Shown here: piece by piece, positions 20,492-30,656 of the stretch
Position numbering within the stretch: position 1 is the stretch's first letter
Layout: each line of letters starts with the position of its first letter
IMG/VR virus record: IMGVR_UViG_3300035703_002708
DNA length: 64,000 nt
Origin: a virus
Taxonomy: Duplodnaviria > Caudoviricetes
Reading direction: 5' to 3' (one strand)
Made by a program: the position numbers and the translations under genes
The notes under the pieces: model-generated
Databases searched by the model: none
What the model saw: only the letters and a program-made list of their open reading frames with translations
What the model was told of the DNA's origin: nothing

Positions 20492-20842
20492 GTGATACCC
20501 GAAGGATTAATAAAATCTTTAAATAGAGTTTTTGAAAAAAAGACCTTTCATTATGTTGGTCCTATTGTAGCGTATTCAGGTTATGATAATGAAATAGAGT
20601 TTGACTACACACTTAAAATTGTTAAACAAAAACAAATGATACGTGTCGGTGAGTTGAAGGACTATTTAGTTATAGATGTATTCATCAAAAATTATCAGGG
20701 TATGTTCTCTATGTTATTTAATAGGTTATATAACACCGATAGTTTTAGGTTTGTATTGGAATATAAATTAAATGAGGTGATGCAAAAATTAGGTTTTTCA
20801 CAGGAATTTTGGGTAAAATTAAATGAAATACATTTAGAATAA
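20492..20842 (+). CDS. Hypothetical protein
   Basis: 116 aa; GTG start 4 nt after TATTTAT (20481-20487). Confidence 0.65.
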   Translation: MIPEGLIKSLNRVFEKKTFHYVGPIVAYSGYDNEIEFDYTLKIVKQKQMIRVGELKDYLVIDVFIKNYQGMFSMLFNRLYNTDSFRFVLEYKLNEVMQKLGFSQEFWVKLNEIHLE

Positions 20843-20843
20843 A

Positions 20844-21299
20844 ATGGACTTTGAAGATAGAATAAAAAAAATTAATGATGATTCCTACTTAGAAAAGAGG
20901 GTAAATCAGTTAAAATATCTTTTGTTTGAGAACATAGGTCTCCCTAAAGATAATGTCAGTATTGATATACGACCGATGTTACATCGCACTCAAAAATCGG
21001 AAGGTGCTGATAGATTTGTCGATGTTTGGAGCGTAGAATTTTTTATTGATGTAAAAACAGAGGTTGACCCAATATTATCTGAAATAGCCTACTTTCTCAA
21101 TCAAATAGAAAAAAATCTTGATAGAACATTTAAAACCACAGGTATAAATCAATTTATGGAGTTTGTTAAGAAACCCGATGCTAGTCTATATAACGCTGGA
21201 ATATTTGTAAGTACGATTGAGTTAGATGGGAGTATGATAACTTTACACATCAATATCGATTATGAAACAATACCTGTTGAAGGTGCTGGTGACCTTTAA
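20844..21299 (+). CDS. Hypothetical protein
   Basis: 151 aa ORF. Confidence 0.65.
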   Translation: MDFEDRIKKINDDSYLEKRVNQLKYLLFENIGLPKDNVSIDIRPMLHRTQKSEGADRFVDVWSVEFFIDVKTEVDPILSEIAYFLNQIEKNLDRTFKTTGINQFMEFVKKPDASLYNAGIFVSTIELDGSMITLHINIDYETIPVEGAGDL

Positions 21300-21925
21300 T
21301 TAGAAAACTTCTTAATAATGTTTTCAATAAACTCTTTAAGAGCATTTCCACCAACGGTTAAAAAACCAAAACTTACCAATCTCTGAGCAATTTTACTAGC
21401 ATCTTCAGGATTCACGGTCCCCGATTGCACCATATCATAAATCATAGGTAATAATGGAACAATAAAGGTATAAGACATTATATTACTTATTTTGTGTGTT
21501 GTTAAATTCAAAGAACTCACAAAATCCAAAAAAACTTGTTTTAATTCTCTTCCTTTAGCAAGAGATTCCATAAATTCTTTTGATAATCCTTTTTCTTTTA
21601 TTTTTTCAAGGATTTCTTTTATAGTTGATTTATTATCGTAATATAATAAAGAGATTACCCCTGTTAAAATAAGTGCGGAATCAGTTGTAGATAATTCAGG
21701 ATATTTTCCTTCCAAAAATTGATTTAGTGGTCCCATAAATCCACCGATAGATGCTCCCCAAGTTAACAAAAACTCCAAATTCATTTTAAGTTGTTTTGAT
21801 GAATCCGATAAAACTTTTTTAGTCATATCAAACAACTTCTTGGTATTTTTTGCAAGATTATCAGAAAAACCTTCCACGATTAAAAATCTTTTTTGGTCCT
21901 CGTTTATTAAAATATCCATTCTCAT
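21296..21925 (-). CDS. Hypothetical protein with hydrophobic segments
   Basis: 209 aa; ILINEDQKRFLIVE leader; TATTTAT at 21931-21937 (minus). Confidence 0.7.
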   Translation of the reverse strand: MRMDILINEDQKRFLIVEGFSDNLAKNTKKLFDMTKKVLSDSSKQLKMNLEFLLTWGASIGGFMGPLNQFLEGKYPELSTTDSALILTGVISLLYYDNKSTIKEILEKIKEKGLSKEFMESLAKGRELKQVFLDFVSSLNLTTHKISNIMSYTFIVPLLPMIYDMVQSGTVNPEDASKIAQRLVSFGFLTVGGNALKEFIENIIKKFSN

Positions 21926-21952
21926 AACTAATAAATACTTACAATATATTTA

Positions 21953-22582
21953 TTGTTAAAAAATATTATGAGTTTATTAAATCCTGAATTAAATATTGGA
22001 GATAGAGTTGTCATAATGGATATGAGTGGTGAATCTGGTATCAAACCTGGTTTAGGTGGTGAAGTTCGTAGAATAACGAAAGTTTTTGGCATTACACAAT
22101 ATGAAGTTAAATGGGATGATGGGTCTTCTTTACAACTATTATCTGATGTTGATAAATGGATGAAAGAAGAAGATTGGACAAAACTCAGAGAAAGAAAAAG
22201 AAAAAAAGTTGATGAGGGTATTGACCCTGATTTTGCAAGAAAAAATAAGAACTTGGTTCAGGATTTTCAGATGGCTAAAATGCACAAATTTTATGAGGCC
22301 CTAAGAAAAAGTAGTGTTGTCAATATGTTTGGAGCCACTCCTTATTTTTGGATGGGTAGAGATAGAATTGCTCACGAACATTATTATACAGATATGAGTG
22401 ATGAACAGGCAGAAGCCTTTGAGGAAGTTTTGGACTCAGCGGATGAAATCAAAAATATTCTTATTAATGGCTCTTTGAAAACTTTAGAAAGAGAAGGAAA
22501 AGAAGTTACTTTGGAAAACGTAAAAAGAGTTGCTGATAAAAAGGCAAGACAAATTGTTACCTTTATTCAACAAGTATATTAA
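21953..22582 (+). CDS. Hypothetical protein (N-terminal SH3-like barrel possible)
   Basis: 209 aa; LNIGDRVVIMDM..YEVKWDDG; start may be ATG 21968. Confidence 0.65.
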   Translation: MLKNIMSLLNPELNIGDRVVIMDMSGESGIKPGLGGEVRRITKVFGITQYEVKWDDGSSLQLLSDVDKWMKEEDWTKLRERKRKKVDEGIDPDFARKNKNLVQDFQMAKMHKFYEALRKSSVVNMFGATPYFWMGRDRIAHEHYYTDMSDEQAEAFEEVLDSADEIKNILINGSLKTLEREGKEVTLENVKRVADKKARQIVTFIQQVY

Positions 22583-22821
22583 TCAACCAAGAAAATTGGA
22601 TTTTGTTCACAGACATGCATACCTAATATATTATAGGTGTAAAATTCATATGCTTCGTCCTCGGTCATTTCATCTCTGTTTTGTAAAATTTCCATAATTT
22701 TTGACCTTGAATACATAATTCTGAAAATACCACCAAATTCCTCGGTAATACCGACAACTGCTTTTTCTAAACCATGTAAAAATACTACTCCATCGGGTAA
22801 ATCTTGTAAATTAATATCCAT
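22579..22821 (-). CDS. Small phage hypothetical protein
   Basis: 80 aa; GLEKAVVGI..YSRSKI..EDEAYEFYTYNILG. Confidence 0.65.
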   Translation of the reverse strand: MDINLQDLPDGVVFLHGLEKAVVGITEEFGGIFRIMYSRSKIMEILQNRDEMTEDEAYEFYTYNILGMHVCEQNPIFLVD

Positions 22822-22881
22822 ATCAAAATCATAACTTAATTTCTTTCTGATATCAATATATTTATTTATAAATTATAAATT

Positions 22882-23331
22882 ATGAAAGCGTATTTTTTGA
22901 ATATCCCAAACGAAGAACGAAACTCAATTTTGGACCAACATAAGAGCATCTATAACGGATATAAAACAAGTTATAGCTCTAACGCAGAACAACCTTTGTT
23001 TGTACAAGATTTGGCAAACGATAAAGGAGGTATTACTGTTAATAACAAAGGTGAAGTTAAAACTTATACAAATATCGGAATCAATGAAAACATTGACGAA
23101 ATGGAATTAGACATGATTGGAGATGGTCCGATGGATTTGGAAGCGGGAGTTTTCGATGAAGAGATGATGGAAGAAGATGAAATGGATATCGATTTGGAAA
23201 AAGACGGTGAGGATTTTGACATCGATGTTGATTTTTATGATGAGTTAGGTGATGAACAAATGAATGAGAGTGTGAAATCACAAGTAAATGAGTCATTAAA
23301 TTGGTTCAAAAGATTTTCAAAATACAACTAA
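22882..23331 (+). CDS. Acidic hypothetical protein with EERNSILDQH leader
   Basis: 149 aa; TATTTAT at 22859-22865. Confidence 0.7.
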   Translation: MKAYFLNIPNEERNSILDQHKSIYNGYKTSYSSNAEQPLFVQDLANDKGGITVNNKGEVKTYTNIGINENIDEMELDMIGDGPMDLEAGVFDEEMMEEDEMDIDLEKDGEDFDIDVDFYDELGDEQMNESVKSQVNESLNWFKRFSKYN

Positions 23332-23333
23332 AA

Positions 23334-23657
23334 ATGGAAATTAAAGAAATTGTAAATCATTATGTAAATTTTACAAATGACATCTTGGAAGTGAGTTTTA
23401 GAACAATTGATGATGCGGATAATGAGTTAAGAAACGCAGAAATTCCTGTCGTTGAGATTATTGCATTTGGTTATGATTTTATAAAAAATGACTCAGCGTT
23501 ACTTGAAGCATTCGATGATGACGATGGAGATGATGAATTTTTCGATGAAATATCTTTAATAAAAGACGAATCATTAGATATTCATGACTTGATGTCGTTT
23601 TTGAACGAATATTATTTAGTATATCCTGACCAATTACCAAAAAAAGAATTATTTTAA
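23334..23657 (+). CDS. Acidic hypothetical protein
   Basis: In-frame ATG at 23334 just after the previous stop. Confidence 0.65.
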   Translation: MEIKEIVNHYVNFTNDILEVSFRTIDDADNELRNAEIPVVEIIAFGYDFIKNDSALLEAFDDDDGDDEFFDEISLIKDESLDIHDLMSFLNEYYLVYPDQLPKKELF

Positions 23658-24154
23658 GGACCTACTCTTGATAATTGTAAAGTAATTTCTTGTTTCGCAC
23701 CTAAATTGGCAAAAGGCCATTGTCCTGACGAACGAAGTGTCATACTTTCAGGTTGTCTATCAATGACTCTGAATATTCTTTTGGTTCCTTCACACATGAA
23801 TTCGATGTAACCGTCCTCCCAACCCGAAGAACTTGTCATATCAATATAATATTGTTTCGTCCAAATTTTACGACCAAAACCATCAAGCACAGGTGCCATA
23901 GAAATTATGTTATAATCAAATCTCCAAGTAGTGAATCCTAATTTGATAGTATCCATAGGGTAAATTTCATCAGGATTGACATAGGTCGAACCTGGATAAT
24001 ATGTTGTATCATCAGTGGTTACATTATTATCTATTTTCTGAAAAGTTATCAAGTCTATTACATATTCTCCTTGAAGATTTCCAGCCGATGGTTGGTTATA
24101 TCTTTCACAAGAAAATAAAAAAGGTAAGAGTAGTAAAAAAATCAGTCGTTTCAT
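23654..24154 (-). CDS. Predicted lipoprotein (lipocalin-like beta-barrel possible)
   Basis: MKRLIFLLLLPFLFS-C lipobox, then beta-rich mature domain. Confidence 0.7.
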   Translation of the reverse strand: MKRLIFLLLLPFLFSCERYNQPSAGNLQGEYVIDLITFQKIDNNVTTDDTTYYPGSTYVNPDEIYPMDTIKLGFTTWRFDYNIISMAPVLDGFGRKIWTKQYYIDMTSSSGWEDGYIEFMCEGTKRIFRVIDRQPESMTLRSSGQWPFANLGAKQEITLQLSRVGP

Positions 24155-24408
24155 ACTTTAAATATAAATTCTTTGGGTAAGTGTTTTTTACATTCAGAAC
24201 CAACAGGAAATAATCCTTGTGAGTTATCTATTAAGGTTGCGTCATCGGTATCAATCATTAACCAATCTGTTGTCATATGAACCATATATTTAATCTGTTC
24301 AGATTTCATAGGTTTATTACAACAAACACACCTTTCAGTATGACCTGGCTTTGACAACTCTTCGTTTTTGTCAAAATTCGGACTTTGGTATAGTTCCATT
24401 GTTTTCAT
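24151..24408 (-). CDS. Small Cys-containing hypothetical protein
   Basis: CVCC..GSEC; TACCTTTG (plus 24413-24420) is 4 nt before ATG 24408. Confidence 0.65.
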   Translation of the reverse strand: MKTMELYQSPNFDKNEELSKPGHTERCVCCNKPMKSEQIKYMVHMTTDWLMIDTDDATLIDNSQGLFPVGSECKKHLPKEFIFKV

Positions 24409-24454
24409 ATCACAAAGGTACAATATATTTTGACATATACAAATATTTATTAAT

Positions 24455-24703
24455 ATGAATTTTGATATTGATAATCTGATTAGTTTGATGAAAAGTTCTA
24501 ACTCAGTTGATTCAGAACTTGGCGAACAAGATGCCGCCCCATCAGGTGGAGCTTCGACAGGAGGGGGTGGAGCGAAACCTCCTTATCCTACCGTAACAAA
24601 GTGGGAAACAGGATTAACTAGGGGTCCTGCAAACCAAATAGCCTTATCTAAATGGTCAGATATAGTAAAATTAAATCGCGGTAAAGCAAACACTTTATTA
24701 TAA
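24455..24703 (+). CDS. Hypothetical protein
   Basis: 82 aa; TATTTAT at 24444-24450 is 4 nt before ATG. Confidence 0.7.
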   Translation: MNFDIDNLISLMKSSNSVDSELGEQDAAPSGGASTGGGGAKPPYPTVTKWETGLTRGPANQIALSKWSDIVKLNRGKANTLL

Positions 24704-24720
24704 TAAGACATATTTATTTA

Positions 24721-25992
24721 ATGATGGAAACAAATGAAATTTTAAATAGAATCAAATTGATGATGAATTATGATTCTAAAAGAACTCTGACTGAGAATAA
24801 AATATTATTGGAGGCGCCCAAAACTGGTGAAGGTGACAACATAAAAAAAATTTATGACCAATTAAAATTCGCTATAGGTGATGCAGGTACCAATATAGGC
24901 AATTTGGATATTGCTTTTGATATGATTGCTAAAATGACCGATAGTAGCGAATTAGCCTCCTTGGATAAATATATGAGTAATAAGCCAATATTCGGAGGAT
25001 TCAACTCATATTATAGGTCGCTACAACAAGCTTTGGATGAAGAATTGGGGTATAACAATGGTAAGGATTCAGACAGATATGCCGCGATTTTAAATAAAAT
25101 ACCAGGAGTTAAAGCGGTTGCAACTAGAAGCCAAAATAATTCAAATAACGCTGGAAGTTTTAAAATATCTTACACCTCAACATCATCTGAGAGCGGAAAA
25201 CCAAAAGAAAACACACAACAAGGAAAATTTCCAAGTTGTATTACTAATGTCGAACAAAACTATCCGAATAAGGTTCAATCATCACCATCCAAAAAAGGAG
25301 GTATATCTATTAAATTTGTTGGAGACACCGCTTGGAAAACATATTACCCATATATCGGGCCAAATTATGGTAGGTATATAGATGGAGGTACTAATGTTGT
25401 GGGATATTATTATTGTGACGGAAGAGGAATAAAATTAGGTTTACCTCCTGGAACATCAAAAAGCACTGCAGATGCTGCTACCAAAAAACAACAAAGTAAA
25501 GGAGGAGGTACTAGTTGGGTGCAATCACCATCTTGTGAGGATGTTGTTAAAGGTACGGTAACCATTAAAAAGGGTATGAAAGGTGATTGTGTTGGTAAAA
25601 TACAAACAAAATTAATAGAAAAGGGTTTTAATGAAGTAGGAACCCCGGATAACAAATTTGGTAAAAATACTGAGGCGGCTGTAATTAGTCTTCAGAAAAA
25701 GGCCGGATTGACATACAATGGTGTTGTCGATAAAGCAACGTACAACTATTTATTTTTTGACACCACTAATACAGAGACCCCAACCTTACAGACAAAAAAC
25801 CTCCAACAAATCCCTAACACAGTAGCGGACCAACCACAAACTATACCAACACCGGCACAAGCTGTCACACAAACTACAACAACCGAGACACCGGCTGACA
25901 CGCAACAAACACAAACGGGTACACAACAAATTTCGTCGGGAGGTAAAAGAAGAAAGGGTGGATTAAGAAATTTATTCAGAAGAAACAAATAA
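24721..25992 (+). CDS. Protein with peptidoglycan-binding domain
   Basis: IKKGMKGDCVGKIQTKL..DNKFGKNTEAAVISLQKKAGL..GVVDKAT PG_binding_1 pattern; ILNRIKLMMNY..ILLE|A leader. Confidence 0.75.
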   Translation: MMETNEILNRIKLMMNYDSKRTLTENKILLEAPKTGEGDNIKKIYDQLKFAIGDAGTNIGNLDIAFDMIAKMTDSSELASLDKYMSNKPIFGGFNSYYRSLQQALDEELGYNNGKDSDRYAAILNKIPGVKAVATRSQNNSNNAGSFKISYTSTSSESGKPKENTQQGKFPSCITNVEQNYPNKVQSSPSKKGGISIKFVGDTAWKTYYPYIGPNYGRYIDGGTNVVGYYYCDGRGIKLGLPPGTSKSTADAATKKQQSKGGGTSWVQSPSCEDVVKGTVTIKKGMKGDCVGKIQTKLIEKGFNEVGTPDNKFGKNTEAAVISLQKKAGLTYNGVVDKATYNYLFFDTTNTETPTLQTKNLQQIPNTVADQPQTIPTPAQAVTQTTTTETPADTQQTQTGTQQISSGGKRRKGGLRNLFRRNK

Positions 25993-25996
25993 AAAT

Positions 25997-26668
25997 ATGA
26001 AAACACTTAATAAAACAATCAGAAAAAATCTTTTGGAGACAAAAGATATAAAAAAAAGTTTGTTAGTAGAACAAAGAATAATACGAGGAAGATACAATTT
26101 TTTATTGGAATCGTTTCGCACTTTAGAGAAGATAAGTATCGATAAGATATTTTTCATAACACTCAACGAATCCAAAAAATTGAGAGAGTTAAATTTGGAT
26201 AAAAAAATGATTTTGAAAGAGGAGGAATCCTTCTTTTCGTCATTATTTTCTATATTTGGTTCAGGTATATTTCCTTCTCTTAAAGAGTATGGTGCCAAAT
26301 GGATAATAGAAAGAACCTTCGGTGAGGATGCTGCTAAATCAATGATGGCACAAACTGTTATTGCTGCATTTGGTAACTTGGATTGGGAATCAATCACAAA
26401 ACTTTTTACAGATTGTTCTTTTACATCTAAATGGTTAGTTGAAACAATTATAGAAGGATTTGTAAGAAAATATCAAGAAAAATCAGGTGCCACTGGAGTT
26501 TTTGCCGACACTGTAAGAAATGGAATTGTTGAGGCGATAGGAAGTAGCGAAGTTATTGATGCCTTGTCAAATAAACTTATGGGGTTTGTTTGTAATATGA
26601 TTGGTGGGTTGAAACCAAAAATGGAAGACGCTTATTCGGCAATCAAACAAAAGGTTGTTGCCAATTAA
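25997..26668 (+). CDS. Hypothetical protein
   Basis: 223 aa; leader rich in LLE/LVE/LNE. Confidence 0.7.
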   Translation: MKTLNKTIRKNLLETKDIKKSLLVEQRIIRGRYNFLLESFRTLEKISIDKIFFITLNESKKLRELNLDKKMILKEEESFFSSLFSIFGSGIFPSLKEYGAKWIIERTFGEDAAKSMMAQTVIAAFGNLDWESITKLFTDCSFTSKWLVETIIEGFVRKYQEKSGATGVFADTVRNGIVEAIGSSEVIDALSNKLMGFVCNMIGGLKPKMEDAYSAIKQKVVAN

Positions 26669-26747
26669 TTTGACTTTACGGGACTAGCGTCCTGTTCTGT
26701 ATAAACATCTAAAAAAAGGGGGTGTTCCAAATCTAGCAAAAGAGAGT

Positions 26748-26770
26748 TTTCGGACTCTCTTTTGTTTTTT
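26748..26770. terminator. Bidirectional intrinsic terminator
   Basis: aaaagagagt-tttcgg-actctcttt between convergent genes. Confidence 0.8.
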
Positions 26771-29354
26771 ACCTCAACAAGTTGACAATACCTTTTTGTT
26801 CGTGGTATTGTTGTTTCACATCTCTATATACTATTTCATAATAATACACACCTGTAGGAACCTCTTTACCCCCATATTTACCATCCCAACTCATAGTAAC
26901 ATCATAAGACCTATATAATACTTCATTCCACCTATTATATATAACCATATAAAACTCCTCGATACGAGATGAAGCTACGGCAAAAAACTCATTATTGAAG
27001 TCCCCATTTGGTGTGAATGTGTTTGGAACATATAAAACTGATAACGGATAAATCAATACACAGTTTTCAGCGGAATCGACACAAGTAGGAATACCTGTTG
27101 TATAATAAGCCTTTGTTTCTAACTTAATACAATAATTTCCTGGCCCCAAATATGTATGTGATGGGTTGTCAGTCTGAGATGAGTCTCCATCACCGAAATC
27201 CCAAATATAAGATTGACCATCCTGCGATAAATTAAAAAAATCAAATGTAGGTTTTAATATATCTGTTATATTTCCACCCAATGTTGTAAATGACGCTGTC
27301 GGTGTTTTATTTATAATGATGTGATTTGGTTTTATAAGTGAGTCCACACAACCCTTATCTGATGTTGCAATTACTTTTAATGTAAAGACCCCTTCATTAT
27401 CATAACAATTTGTGAAACTTGTTTGAGTAATCCAATTTGGTTCTCCGATACTCCACTGATATGTATAATTTATTTGAGGATTAAGTATATCAAAATCAAT
27501 ACATTTAGGATGACAACCAGTTACGTCACTTTCAGTAAAATTTGGGTCAGGTAATGAATTTACGGTAATACCCTTCTGAAATGTCTGTTGACATCCATTA
27601 GCGTCGGTCAAGGTTGCAATATAAACTCCTGAGGCTGGTGGAATTACGTTGGAGTTATTGTTGTATGTTGTTGCGTCAAAAGGATTTGTCCAAACAATAT
27701 TATATGGTTGAATCGCATTTTGTTCAGATACAAATAAATTGGCTGGATACCCAAAACAAACTTCTTCTAACAATTGACCTTGTAATATAATATTATTAGG
27801 TTGACCAATATTGATACCCAAAGTAATATCACATGAGTTATCGTCTGTTACGGTGACTTGATAATACCCAGCAGTCACGTTTGTAAGATTTTGTGTGTTA
27901 TTTGGTGGCGGTATGTTCCATAAAAAAGAATAAGGTTGAGTTCCCCCATTTAAATCGATAGTTACAGTTCCATCTGAATACCCAAAACAAGTAGGTTCGG
28001 TCATAGATATTGTTCCACCCAAAGGTTGAGCAGGGCCCAAAACAAATATGTTTGGAACAATGTGTTCACACCCTTCATCATCGGTAATAAGTGCTGAGTA
28101 AGCGTTTGCTGGTAGATTATCGAAAAACCCTGTGTTATTTACAACACCATTTAACTCAAAAAGATAAGGTGGGGTTCCACCATTAGCAACAACCGTTATT
28201 GTCCCATCGTTGTCTCCAAAACATAACAAATTTGAGACAACAGGAGGAGTGTTTGTGATATTAGTTGGTTCTGAAATAATAACATTATGATTGTACGTAC
28301 ATCCATTATCATCTTCAACTATAATAAGATGATTTCCTGCCGGCATATTGTTATAAACACCAGTTGGTTGAGATACACCATTTAAAGTATATGTGTAAGG
28401 AATTTGTCCACCGGCAGAAGTAATCTCAAATGAACCATTTGATTCACCAAAACATACATTATCTACCAAATTTATTGTGTTATTAACTACAGGTGTATTT
28501 TCTCCAACAACAACATTTAATACGTTTGAATTGCATGCCTCATCATCGGTACAAGTAACTACGTAAGGACCTGGTGATAAATTTGTAACAGGAAAATTAA
28601 CAGGATTACCATCTAAAAAGAATTGGTATGGTGCAGTTCCTTGATTTACACTTACATCTATTTCTCCATCATTAAATCCACTACAAGTGGCATCTGTAAC
28701 TGATACCAAACTAATTACAGGGGGCGTAAGACAACCTAAAACTACGGTATTTGGTGATAACTGAAATTGATAAAATCCATTACATCCATTTGTCCCCCAA
28801 CTTCCTGCAAAACCATCACTAACAGGAGATACTTGCATCGAAAGTGATGCTCCTGCCGTATTACCCACTGTTGCCTCAAAACAAAAAGTCCAAGGACCTG
28901 TTCCAAAATCCCCCCAATCATCTGAACTTTGCCCATCGGTATTTAAATCAAAGAAAAAACCAGGACCAAATTGATTTCCGGCACCTCCAGCGGATGTAGG
29001 ATTACCGTTAAATGGGTTTGCTATCCATAACCACTGTCCTCCTGAACCATTACCACCTTGATTTGGTGGGTAAGTCGTAGGTGTAAGTGTTGTTAAATCC
29101 CAACCTGGTCCTACTGTTATATCAAAACCTTCTAACCAATTAGTTCCGATACCTGTGTTCCAATTGTTGAAGGTTACACAAAATTCTACTACTTGACCTG
29201 GTTCATAGCCACCCCCCGCAGGAAGAGGATTAACAACAACACTTTGGGTTCCCATACAATCGTTTTGTGAAAACCCAATAGTTGATAAAATTAAAAATAA
29301 AGATACAAATAAACTTTTTATTTGATTCCCATAGACTCTTGAAATTCTTTCCAT
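26769..29354 (-). CDS. T9SS type-B CTD (gliding-motility-associated CTD) surface protein with SprB-like repeats and PKD domain
   Basis: Signal peptide ending GFS|Q; about four D(A/V/P)TC.G..DG.I.....GGT.PY repeats; PKD YIWDFGDG..NPSHTY; LYVPNTFTPNGD.NN..F..IYNRW..WDG..PTGVYYY..KG.VNLLR. Confidence 0.9.
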   Translation of the reverse strand: MERISRVYGNQIKSLFVSLFLILSTIGFSQNDCMGTQSVVVNPLPAGGGYEPGQVVEFCVTFNNWNTGIGTNWLEGFDITVGPGWDLTTLTPTTYPPNQGGNGSGGQWLWIANPFNGNPTSAGGAGNQFGPGFFFDLNTDGQSSDDWGDFGTGPWTFCFEATVGNTAGASLSMQVSPVSDGFAGSWGTNGCNGFYQFQLSPNTVVLGCLTPPVISLVSVTDATCSGFNDGEIDVSVNQGTAPYQFFLDGNPVNFPVTNLSPGPYVVTCTDDEACNSNVLNVVVGENTPVVNNTINLVDNVCFGESNGSFEITSAGGQIPYTYTLNGVSQPTGVYNNMPAGNHLIIVEDDNGCTYNHNVIISEPTNITNTPPVVSNLLCFGDNDGTITVVANGGTPPYLFELNGVVNNTGFFDNLPANAYSALITDDEGCEHIVPNIFVLGPAQPLGGTISMTEPTCFGYSDGTVTIDLNGGTQPYSFLWNIPPPNNTQNLTNVTAGYYQVTVTDDNSCDITLGINIGQPNNIILQGQLLEEVCFGYPANLFVSEQNAIQPYNIVWTNPFDATTYNNNSNVIPPASGVYIATLTDANGCQQTFQKGITVNSLPDPNFTESDVTGCHPKCIDFDILNPQINYTYQWSIGEPNWITQTSFTNCYDNEGVFTLKVIATSDKGCVDSLIKPNHIIINKTPTASFTTLGGNITDILKPTFDFFNLSQDGQSYIWDFGDGDSSQTDNPSHTYLGPGNYCIKLETKAYYTTGIPTCVDSAENCVLIYPLSVLYVPNTFTPNGDFNNEFFAVASSRIEEFYMVIYNRWNEVLYRSYDVTMSWDGKYGGKEVPTGVYYYEIVYRDVKQQYHEQKGIVNLLR

Positions 29355-29815
29355 AATGTTTCTACTGAATTGTGAAATATCTCCGAAAACAAAGATGGTT
29401 CATAAGGTTTTTTCCTTAATGTCATTCCTGCTTCGTGTGGAGTTTTATCACCTTTTTTTCTATTACAGTTTCCGCAGCATGTAACCAAGTTAGTCCATCT
29501 ATTTGAACCTCCTCTTGATTTGGGTAATACGTGGTCAATCGTTAAATTTTTATTTAAACCACAATACACACACTGAAAACCGTCTCGTTTATAAATTCTT
29601 GCCCGATTAACTTTTAAATTCTTAACTCTGTATTTAACATAGTTTAATAATCTAATAATTAATGGACGAGCAAATTTAAATGAACCAGCATCAATCGGTT
29701 TTTCACCTTGTTTCAAAATCTCAGCCTTACCTTTATTAACAAGGTTAAATCCTCTAATAAGTGAGGTCACATTAAGAGGGCTGTAATCGGCATTCAAAAC
29801 TAATACTTTTTCCAT
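29318..29815 (-). CDS. HNH endonuclease (McrA-like)
   Basis: VLVLNADYSPL, RDGFQCVYCG, LTIDHVLPKSRGG..WTNLVTCCGNCN..KGD. Confidence 0.9.
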   Translation of the reverse strand: MEKVLVLNADYSPLNVTSLIRGFNLVNKGKAEILKQGEKPIDAGSFKFARPLIIRLLNYVKYRVKNLKVNRARIYKRDGFQCVYCGLNKNLTIDHVLPKSRGGSNRWTNLVTCCGNCNRKKGDKTPHEAGMTLRKKPYEPSLFSEIFHNSVETLWKEFQESMGIK

Positions 29816-29865
29816 TTTTCTTTAGTTTAACAAATTTATTTTAATTAATCAAATTTCTTATAAAC

Positions 29866-29900
29866 AAAAAAAGGTCACCTATTACAGTGACCCTCTTATT
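29866..29900 (-). terminator. Intrinsic terminator
   Basis: aaaaaaaggtcac..gtgaccctctt; T-run on the minus strand. Confidence 0.65.
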
Positions 29901-29927
29901 ATAGTGTAAGGTTAGGAAAGTCACATA

Positions 29928-29999
29928 TTACATCCGTGCAGAATTTTTCATTCCAAATACTAATTCGGTTAAAAGATTATATGAAACAGATTGGTCCAT
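29928..29999 (-). CDS. Putative 23 aa peptide MDQSVSYNLLTELVFGMKNSARM
   Basis: Translated by hand; TATTTAT (plus 30004-30010) is 4 nt before ATG; terminator downstream. Confidence 0.4.
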   Translation of the reverse strand: MDQSVSYNLLTELVFGMKNSARM

Positions 30000-30100
30000 A
30001 TTAATAAATATATGGTTGGTATGTAATAAAAGACAAATTTTTAGTAATAATAAATTTATATAAAAAGTAAAGAGTATCTCATTTCAAAATATTTATAGGT

Positions 30101-30601
30101 ATGAGAACTTCCGTACTGTCAGCATTATTTTTAATGCTACTATTATCTTTTAGACCGGTAGAAGAAGGTCTGGTGTGTTCACACTGTGACTTTGCAAGAA
30201 AGTATGATACAAGGGTTGAATTAAGTCCCAAACAACCAAAAGAATATATTCATACTGATTCGTTATTTATGTTTCAACCAATAATTGACAACATAGATGA
30301 ACCGAAAAAATATTGGTATATTCAAGAGTTTAGGATGACTTACAAGGATTTACACTATTGTAGTGATTCTACTCGTCTTACAATTTATTTGGCTAATGAT
30401 TCAATCAAAATGTGGAATATCAGACCAAGAATAAGTTGTAGAATAGATATGTGGTATAGATTAACTGATGAACAACAGATTATGTTATCAAAATATGCGA
30501 TTAACAAAATCAAAATAGAAAATAGGGTGACTGATAATATATATGTATATAAAATGACTGACCCTGGTTATTACATAAAATGTTTCGATATGTTGAAATA
30601 A
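30101..30601 (+). CDS. Secreted hypothetical protein
   Basis: Signal-like MRTSVLSALFLMLLLSF; TATTTAT at 30090-30096 is 4 nt before ATG. Confidence 0.7.
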   Translation: MRTSVLSALFLMLLLSFRPVEEGLVCSHCDFARKYDTRVELSPKQPKEYIHTDSLFMFQPIIDNIDEPKKYWYIQEFRMTYKDLHYCSDSTRLTIYLANDSIKMWNIRPRISCRIDMWYRLTDEQQIMLSKYAINKIKIENRVTDNIYVYKMTDPGYYIKCFDMLK

Positions 30602-30656
30602 TTTTTTCAAAGATTTGTTTTGTATCGAAAACTTTCATAAGTTTGTACTCACAAAT

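Noticed and set aside
26670-26747. Small hairpins (GGAC/GTCC, AACATC/GGTGTT) in the 3' gap
   Set aside because: Short stems compatible with chance or 3' UTR structure; unsupported without conservation data
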